Below are positions 57,895 through 64,000 of a DNA stretch of 64,000 bases, one piece after another. The number at the start of each line of letters is the position of its first letter. Within the stretch, counting starts at the first letter, position 1. The notes under the pieces are model-generated. The model ran no database searches. It was not told where the DNA came from and saw only the letters and a list, made by a program, of their open reading frames with translations. The DNA is from Candidatus Iainarchaeum sp. (GTDB lineage: Archaea > Iainarchaeota > Iainarchaeia > Iainarchaeales > UBA10191): assembly GCA_030649735.1 (NCBI GenBank), contig JAUSFL010000036.1, forward strand, positions 96,334 through 160,333, written 5' to 3'. A program made the translations under genes and the position numbers.

Positions 57895-57902
57895 TATTTA
57901 AA
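57895..57902. promoter_or_regulatory. Candidate shared TATA element between divergent genes
   Basis: TATTTAAA roughly 23-35 nt from both ATGs (57872 and 57930). Confidence 0.35.
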
Positions 57903-57929
57903 GCAGATTCTAATTAAATTATTATATTC

Positions 57930-58451
57930 ATGAAATTGAAAGTTCTGGACTTGGGTTGCGGAAAGAAAAAGCTTGAAGGCGCTTTTGGAGTTGACTTCAA
58001 CAAATATGCCGGCGTTGATTTGGTTTGGGATTTGGAAAAGCCGTTGCCAAAAAAATTTTGGGGAAAATTCGACAAGGTTTATTCAAGCAGTATTTTAGAG
58101 CATTTGGGCAATCCTTTAAACTTCATGAAAAACTGCCGCAATTACTTGAAGAAAGGCGGGGTTTTGGAATTGACGACAGACAACGCTGATTATTTCAGGT
58201 TTCATTTCGAGCACAAGAAAATCACCCAGTTTTTTGGGGCATATCATGCAACGCTTTGGGAAAGCCAGGACCATAATTTGGAAACACAGCATAAAATGCT
58301 CTTCCAAATGAAGCACTTGGAAACCTTGACAAAGCTTGCCGGGTTTAAAATCACTGAAAGAAAGTATGTTTTTGCAAACAATGTTTTGGACAGACTGCTT
58401 CCTGAAAAATTCGGGGCAATCTACCTTTCAATCAAAGCAAAAAAAAATTAA
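57930..58451 (+). CDS. Short class I SAM methyltransferase
   Basis: LDLGCGKKK, ILEHL. Confidence 0.85.
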   Translation: MKLKVLDLGCGKKKLEGAFGVDFNKYAGVDLVWDLEKPLPKKFWGKFDKVYSSSILEHLGNPLNFMKNCRNYLKKGGVLELTTDNADYFRFHFEHKKITQFFGAYHATLWESQDHNLETQHKMLFQMKHLETLTKLAGFKITERKYVFANNVLDRLLPEKFGAIYLSIKAKKN

Positions 58452-58459
58452 GGTTTTTT

Positions 58460-59839
58460 ATGAAAGTTTGCTTGCTGCATCCAGAGTTTACAATTTACTT
58501 CACTTATGAAGGCCCAATAGGCCTTGCTTACTTGCAGGCATGCCTGAAGGAAAAAGGCCACGAAGTGAAAATAATAGACAACAATGTCCTGCTATTGCCT
58601 CATGAAAAACTGATTGAAGAATTGAGGAACTGCGATGCGGTTGGCATTACAATGACAACTCCAACCTACAAGACAGTCAAGGCAATTGCTGAAAAAGTGA
58701 AAAAAGAGTTGAGGATTCCGGTAATTTTGGGCGGCCCCCATCCCACAATTGCCCCGCTGGATTGCCTGGACTTTTCAGACTTTGTCATTTCGGGAGAAGG
58801 CGAAAAGGCATTTCCAGAACTTGCCGAAGTTTTGGGAAAGACAAAAAGCAGGAAATTGCTCTTTAAAAAACTGAAGAAAATAAAGAACATTTCATTCAAT
58901 TGGAATGGAAAAAAAATCCAGAACAAGCGCGAAGCATTCATTGAAGACTTGGACAAACTGCCTTTTCCTGACTGGAATGGCTTTCCAATAGAAAAGTACG
59001 GTTCTGCGTTAAGAACTTCTGGCAAAAGCCTGCCAATAATCACTTCCCGCGGATGCCCTTACAGCTGTGTTTACTGCTTCAAGGGATTATTTGGACTAAA
59101 GTACAGGGTCAGGAGCGCAAAAAATGTTGTCGCAGAGCTTGAGCATTTGAAGAAAGAGTTTGGAATACGGGAATTCCAGATTGCCGATGACTGTTTCACG
59201 CTCTTAAAGCCGCGCGCGATTGAAATTTGCAAGAGAATGATTGAGAAAAAAATCAACTTGCCTTGGAGCCTGCCTAACGGCATTAGGGCAGACACAATAA
59301 CTGACGAGCTTGCGCAGTGGATGAAAAAATCAGGCTTGGAATACACTGGATTAGGCATTGAATCAGGAAGCCAAAAAATCCTTGACAGCATTGGAAAAGT
59401 ACAAAAGAAAGAAACAGTGAGGGAAGCCGTCAAAATCTTGAAAAAGAATAAAATAAAGACTGTCGGGTTTTTCATGTTCGGACTGCCTGGAGAGACCTTG
59501 GAAACAATGAAAGAAACAGTCCAGTTTGCAAAAGAACTGGACCTTGATTACTGCTCTATTTCAATGACAACGCCTTATCCTGGAACAAGGCTTTTTGACG
59601 AAATAAAAAACGGGAAGGGAACACTTTTGACTAAAAGCCCTGAAGACTTGTTCAGCCTTGGAAGCAAGGTAAAATACACAATGCCTGGAATGGCATTGCC
59701 TGAAGAAATAGAGCAGCAGTACAGGAAGGCAAGAATGGTTTTGCTCTTGAGGCCAAAGACCATATTAAAAAACCTTAAAGACCCTAAGAAATTGATTGCC
59801 GGCGCAAAAGTCGCTTACAAATGGCTGCTGAAAACTTGA
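58460..59839 (+). CDS. Cobalamin-dependent radical SAM protein
   Basis: PIGLAYL, GGPHPT, TSRGCPYSCVYC, GIESGS, PYPGT. Confidence 0.92.
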   Translation: MKVCLLHPEFTIYFTYEGPIGLAYLQACLKEKGHEVKIIDNNVLLLPHEKLIEELRNCDAVGITMTTPTYKTVKAIAEKVKKELRIPVILGGPHPTIAPLDCLDFSDFVISGEGEKAFPELAEVLGKTKSRKLLFKKLKKIKNISFNWNGKKIQNKREAFIEDLDKLPFPDWNGFPIEKYGSALRTSGKSLPIITSRGCPYSCVYCFKGLFGLKYRVRSAKNVVAELEHLKKEFGIREFQIADDCFTLLKPRAIEICKRMIEKKINLPWSLPNGIRADTITDELAQWMKKSGLEYTGLGIESGSQKILDSIGKVQKKETVREAVKILKKNKIKTVGFFMFGLPGETLETMKETVQFAKELDLDYCSISMTTPYPGTRLFDEIKNGKGTLLTKSPEDLFSLGSKVKYTMPGMALPEEIEQQYRKARMVLLLRPKTILKNLKDPKKLIAGAKVAYKWLLKT

Positions 59840-59840
59840 G

Positions 59841-60470
59841 GTGTTATTGTTGGGAACTGATAAAAGCTTGAGGACTGAATTCATAAAAAATGAAATGCGC
59901 GGGAAAATCCTTGACATGGGCTGCAATTACGGCCTGTTGCACAGGCAAATAGACAACAAGAACGTGACTGGAATTGATGTTTTTGTAGACAATTACAAGG
60001 AACGCGTTGTGCAAGGCGACGTTAACAAAATGCCTTTCAAGGATGAAAGCTTTGACACTTTGGTTGGCGGAGAGCTTTTAGAGCACATGAAAGACCCCGA
60101 CAAGTTCTTGAAAGAATGCAAGAGAGTCTTGAAGAAAGGCGGGAAACTGATCATTACAACACCGAACAAGAAAGCCTGGCTTAATCGGCTTGTTGGAAGC
60201 TATAATATTTCGACAGAAAAAAAGCCGCCATTGAATGCTCTCTTCAAGTTTGCTTCAGGGCCTGAAGACCATTACTTTGTAGTTGACAAGCAAAAGCTCT
60301 TGGAAACAATTGGAAAGCATTTTAGAATTGAAAAATACTTTTGCCTCCCTTACGACCTGGTTTCTTCGCCGCATCAAAGCAAGTGGGTTTATCCAGTAAG
60401 GCATGCAGTGCATTACCTGATGCCTGAAGGCTTGCAGGAAGAGCAGGTTGTTGTCGCAGTCAAAGAGTGA
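59841..60470 (+). CDS. Class I SAM methyltransferase
   Basis: ILDMGCNYG, PFKDESFD, ELLEH, ITTPN. Confidence 0.9.
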   Translation: MLLLGTDKSLRTEFIKNEMRGKILDMGCNYGLLHRQIDNKNVTGIDVFVDNYKERVVQGDVNKMPFKDESFDTLVGGELLEHMKDPDKFLKECKRVLKKGGKLIITTPNKKAWLNRLVGSYNISTEKKPPLNALFKFASGPEDHYFVVDKQKLLETIGKHFRIEKYFCLPYDLVSSPHQSKWVYPVRHAVHYLMPEGLQEEQVVVAVKE

Positions 60471-60910
60471 TTTTTTTGAAGTTTTTCGAGCATGTTGCTT
60501 TGGGAATTATTGGCTTTGCGGCAATTCTGCTTTTGGGATTTTCAAGGACAGAAGCCGCAGTTTTTGCATTGGCAAGCATTGCAATAGACATTGACCATTT
60601 GGCATGGTATTTCTGGAAATTCAAGAGCATGGATTTTTTGAAGGCAAAAAGGCAGTTTGAAAACCATGAATTAAGGGATTTTTCAGTATTCAAGCTGTTC
60701 CACACAATAGAATTTTGGCTTTTCACTCTTGTACTAAGCATTCTTGGAACTGCCTGGTTTTTCTTGTTTTTGGGAATTAGTTTTCATTTACTGCTTGATT
60801 TTACTCAAGTGCAGCTTTACGGCAGGAAAAAATGCGCAAAGGCTAAAAGAAGCTGGAGCATTATTGGATACTTAATCAAGTCAAAAAATAAGTGGAAATC
60901 AACGGAGTGA
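60467..60910 (+). CDS. Membrane-bound metal-dependent hydrolase (YdjM/DUF457-like)
   Basis: EH...IDIDH...LFHT...FHLLLD pattern within TM helices. Confidence 0.65.
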   Translation: MIFLKFFEHVALGIIGFAAILLLGFSRTEAAVFALASIAIDIDHLAWYFWKFKSMDFLKAKRQFENHELRDFSVFKLFHTIEFWLFTLVLSILGTAWFFLFLGISFHLLLDFTQVQLYGRKKCAKAKRSWSIIGYLIKSKNKWKSTE

Positions 60911-60916
60911 TTTTTA

Positions 60917-62332
60917 ATGAATGTTTTGTTCCTGAACCCGCCATTCAAAGGCAGTTTTAACAGGGAAGTGAGATTCCAGGCAGTAAGCCCTCAAAAAGCA
61001 TTGCATCCGCCAATAATGCTTGCTTACGCTGCCGCAGTGTGCGAAAAAGAAGGCCACAGGGTTGACTTGATTGATTCTCCAGCGCTAGATATGGGAATGG
61101 AAGAAACATTGCAGCATGCAGTGAAATTTGCGCCAGACTTGATTGTTTTACTGACTTCAACAGCAAGCGTTAAAAGCGACGGAGAGTTTGCGAAAAAACT
61201 CAAAAAAGCGACAGGTGCAAAAACAGTTGCAGTGGGAGTGCACGCAAGCAGCATGCCAGAGGACACTTTAAAGAAAGGCTTTGACATTATTGCCCGCGGG
61301 GAATACGAGAACACAATCAAGGACTTGGCTGCCGGGAAAAAACTGCCAAAGATTTTGGGAATCACTTTTAAGGAAAAGGGCAAAGTAAAAAGCAACAAGC
61401 CAAGGCCATTAATGCATAATTTGGACGAGCTTCCTTTTCCGGCAAGGAAATTCTTGCCTAATGAAAAATATTATTCCGCAATTTACAAAAACCCTTTCAC
61501 TTTCGTACTGGCAGGAAGAGGCTGCCCATTCCAGTGCATTTTTTGCTCTTTGCCGCAGGTAATGAGCGGCCGCGGTTACAGAATGAGAAGCCCGCAGAAT
61601 GTTGTTGCAGAATTAGAGCAAATCAAGAAGGACTTTCCGCAATTGAAAAGCATTCTCTTCAATGACGACACTTTAAACGTGAACAAAAAGCACTTGAAGG
61701 AATTATGCGACTTGATTATTGAAAAAAACATAAGCCTGCCTTGGGGCTGCTACAGTAGGGTGGACACAATTGATGAAGAAAGCGCAATAATAATGAAAAA
61801 GGCAGGGTGTTATTTGGTGAAAATTGGCTTTGAGTCAGGCAATGACCAAATCCTCAAAAACATGAAGAAGGGAACAACAACAGGGCAGGCAAGGACCGCA
61901 GTCAAGATTTTCAAAAAGGCAGGAATCCAAATTCATGGAACTTTTGTTTTCGGAATGCCGGGCGAGACTAAAGAAACAATCCAGCAGACAATAGACTTTG
62001 CGAAAGAATTGAATGTGGATTTTGTGCAGTTTTCAGTAGCCCAGCCATACCCAGGAACTGAATTCTACAATTACCTGAAAAAAAACAAGCTTTTGGAATT
62101 CAAGGAATGGGAAGACTACCTTGATGATGAAGGCTGCATTACCCCAATCTTTGAATACCCAAACCTGAAAAAGGAAGAGATGGAAGCAATGCTGAAAAAA
62201 GCATACAAGAACTATTATTTCAGGCCGGCCTATATCCTGAAGGCAATCGGGCAAAGGCTGACCAATGCAGAATTGCGCAAGACAAGCTTTCGGAGCGGAA
62301 AAAACCTGATAAAGTATGTGTTTGAGAAATAA
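60917..62332 (+). CDS. Cobalamin-dependent radical SAM protein (HpnJ-like N-terminus)
   Basis: LFLNPPF...PPIMLAYAAA; GRGCPFQCIFC; GFESG; PYPGT. Confidence 0.92.
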   Translation: MNVLFLNPPFKGSFNREVRFQAVSPQKALHPPIMLAYAAAVCEKEGHRVDLIDSPALDMGMEETLQHAVKFAPDLIVLLTSTASVKSDGEFAKKLKKATGAKTVAVGVHASSMPEDTLKKGFDIIARGEYENTIKDLAAGKKLPKILGITFKEKGKVKSNKPRPLMHNLDELPFPARKFLPNEKYYSAIYKNPFTFVLAGRGCPFQCIFCSLPQVMSGRGYRMRSPQNVVAELEQIKKDFPQLKSILFNDDTLNVNKKHLKELCDLIIEKNISLPWGCYSRVDTIDEESAIIMKKAGCYLVKIGFESGNDQILKNMKKGTTTGQARTAVKIFKKAGIQIHGTFVFGMPGETKETIQQTIDFAKELNVDFVQFSVAQPYPGTEFYNYLKKNKLLEFKEWEDYLDDEGCITPIFEYPNLKKEEMEAMLKKAYKNYYFRPAYILKAIGQRLTNAELRKTSFRSGKNLIKYVFEK

Positions 62333-62353
62333 GCAAATGCAAAGGTGCAATAA

Positions 62354-63550
62354 TTGAAAGTTTGCATGATTTCAACTTCTTACATTCGCCATGTAAAAGA
62401 CCTTTCGGCATGGCACATAATGAGCAAAAGCCTCATTGAAAAAGGCAACCAAGTAAGCTTTGTCTCGCCGAACGATGCGGAAAGCTCTAAGGATTACGAA
62501 ACAATCGACGGAGTGAAGATTCACAGGTTCAACTACTGGTTTCCAAGACTATTTCAAAAGCTAGCGTATTACGGCGGCATGCCAACAAACATGAGAAGCT
62601 TAGGCGGCAAGATCCAGTTTCCTTTCTTCCTGCTTTCATTCATCCTAAAAACACTGAAAGTCTCAAAAGACTGCGATTTGATTCACGCGCACTTTTCAAT
62701 TGCGGGCTTTGTGGCTGTGCTTGCCGGAAAGCTCAACAAAAAGCCAGTTGTTGTTTCAGTATACAGGCTTATTTCAGGCTCTAAATTAGAGAATTTTTTT
62801 GACAGGTTTGTTTTGGAAAATGCAGATTTTGTTGTTTTTGGAAACCAGTACACCATGAATGAAGCTAAAAAAGTCTCTTCCAAAATTAAAGGGCAAAAGC
62901 TCGTTTATTTAGGAATTGATGAAAAAAAATGGAAGCCAGTCAAAAGGAACAATGCAATTCACAAGGCTTTAGGATTGCCTAATGGAAAGAAAATAATTTT
63001 CAGTGTCGGAAGGTTTGTTGAAAAGAAAGGCTATGAATACTTGATCAAGGCTTTTGCGCAAGTTTTAAAAAAAGAAAAAAACACGGTTTTAGTGCTTGGC
63101 GGTTACGGGCCTTTGAAGGAAAAGTATGACCTGATTGCTGAAGAGCTTGGAATTAAGGAAAAAATTTATTATCCAGGATTTGTAAGCAAGACTTTTGAAT
63201 GGATTCCTGACTGCGATGTTTTTGTAGTGCCTTCAGTGACTGACTCCAAGGGAGAAATTGAAACTTTTGGAATAATCAACTTGGAAGCCATGGCTTGCGG
63301 AAAGCCTTTAGTTGCAACAAAAAGCGGCGGAATTGTTGAAATAGTTGATGACAAAGTTGACGGTTTGCTTTGCAGGGAAAAAAACCCGCAAGATTTGGCT
63401 GAAAAAATCCTCAAAGTATTGAAAAACAAAAAGCTTGCAAGCAAGCTTTCAAAGAACGCGCGCAAAAAAATCCTGGAAAAATTCATGTATTCCGGGACAA
63501 TAGAGAACATTCTTTCAGCATATAAAACCGCCTTGAAAGGCAAAACTTGA
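62354..63550 (+). CDS. Glycosyltransferase family 4
   Basis: DLIHAH, VGRFVEKKG, ETFGIINLEAMACG. Confidence 0.92.
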   Translation: MKVCMISTSYIRHVKDLSAWHIMSKSLIEKGNQVSFVSPNDAESSKDYETIDGVKIHRFNYWFPRLFQKLAYYGGMPTNMRSLGGKIQFPFFLLSFILKTLKVSKDCDLIHAHFSIAGFVAVLAGKLNKKPVVVSVYRLISGSKLENFFDRFVLENADFVVFGNQYTMNEAKKVSSKIKGQKLVYLGIDEKKWKPVKRNNAIHKALGLPNGKKIIFSVGRFVEKKGYEYLIKAFAQVLKKEKNTVLVLGGYGPLKEKYDLIAEELGIKEKIYYPGFVSKTFEWIPDCDVFVVPSVTDSKGEIETFGIINLEAMACGKPLVATKSGGIVEIVDDKVDGLLCREKNPQDLAEKILKVLKNKKLASKLSKNARKKILEKFMYSGTIENILSAYKTALKGKT

Positions 63551-63576
63551 AAACCGAGTTTTTTGCCCAAGCGGCA

Positions 63577-63999
63577 TTATTTGTTTTTGATGAAAATCAG
63601 GCAGTTTTTGCATGTTTCGAGAAAACCGTGAATTTTCCAAACCCCGATAATTCTTCCACCCAACAGAATTGGCTTTCCCAGAAAGTCCCTTGCTTTTCTC
63701 GGCATTTTTTCAAGCAAAATCCTCAACAAGTGAATGAAAGGGTAGAATATTTTTGGACTATAGCAATACAGGATGAATGTTTTATGGAACGCGTCAATGC
63801 TTTGAGGGGAAATTGTCGGAAGACTCAATGAAGTGTGCGTGTAATAATCGCCCGATGTTTCTTCCCTGATCCAGCCGTTTTTCGCGCACATTTCATGCAA
63901 TTCAGTGCCTTCATACGGAGAAAAAATGCTTACTTGGATTGCGTCAGGCCTGCACTGCCGGTTTAACTCAATTGTTTCAAAGATTGTCTTTTCTGTCTC
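63577..63999 (-). CDS. C-terminal part of a probable cobalamin-dependent radical SAM protein (runs off the window)
   Basis: Frame is open to the window end: ETEKTIFETIELNRQCRPDAIQVSIFSPYEGTELHEMC, matching the ET...PYPGT region of the paralogs. Confidence 0.75.
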   Translation of the reverse strand, partial: ETEKTIFETIELNRQCRPDAIQVSIFSPYEGTELHEMCAKNGWIREETSGDYYTHTSLSLPTISPQSIDAFHKTFILYCYSPKIFYPFIHLLRILLEKMPRKARDFLGKPILLGGRIIGVWKIHGFLETCKNCLIFIKNK

Positions 64000-64000
64000 A

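Noticed and set aside
1-64000. CRISPR array, tRNA, integrase or transposase
   Set aside because: No regularly spaced repeats, cloverleaf or recombinase motifs found by eye; a tool scan could still find something missed

Overview
Archaeal chromosome segment, most likely from a DPANN lineage (Diapherotrites/Iainarchaeota-like; the taxon is inferred from gene content and style, not from a search). The left half is a housekeeping backbone: rpl44e, smc, thrC, ftsZ-secE-spt5-rpl11-rpl1-rpl10-rpl12, R15P isomerase plus AMP phosphorylase, rpl21e-rpoF-DUF655-rsmA, tbp and an unlinked 5S rRNA. This backbone is repeatedly interrupted by accessory genes. From 36.9 kb to the end lies an N-glycosylation locus that begins aglB - alg7-like - alg14-like - alg13-like and contains eight radical SAM genes interleaved with glycosyltransferases and methyltransferases. 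Most notable: (1) an Smc with canonical condensin-type heads but a Rad50-type CxxC zinc hook at its midpoint and no visible hinge; (2) two large secreted modular proteins sharing a Cys-bracketed dockerin-like C-terminal module; (3) one of these sits on a ~4 kb islet bounded by a duplicated rsmA 3' end whose mismatches are all at third codon positions; (4) the radical-SAM-rich glycan tailoring cluster next to an AglB with WWNQG in place of WWDxG; (5) a set of very basic orphan or degenerate-enzyme ORFs inserted between core genes.
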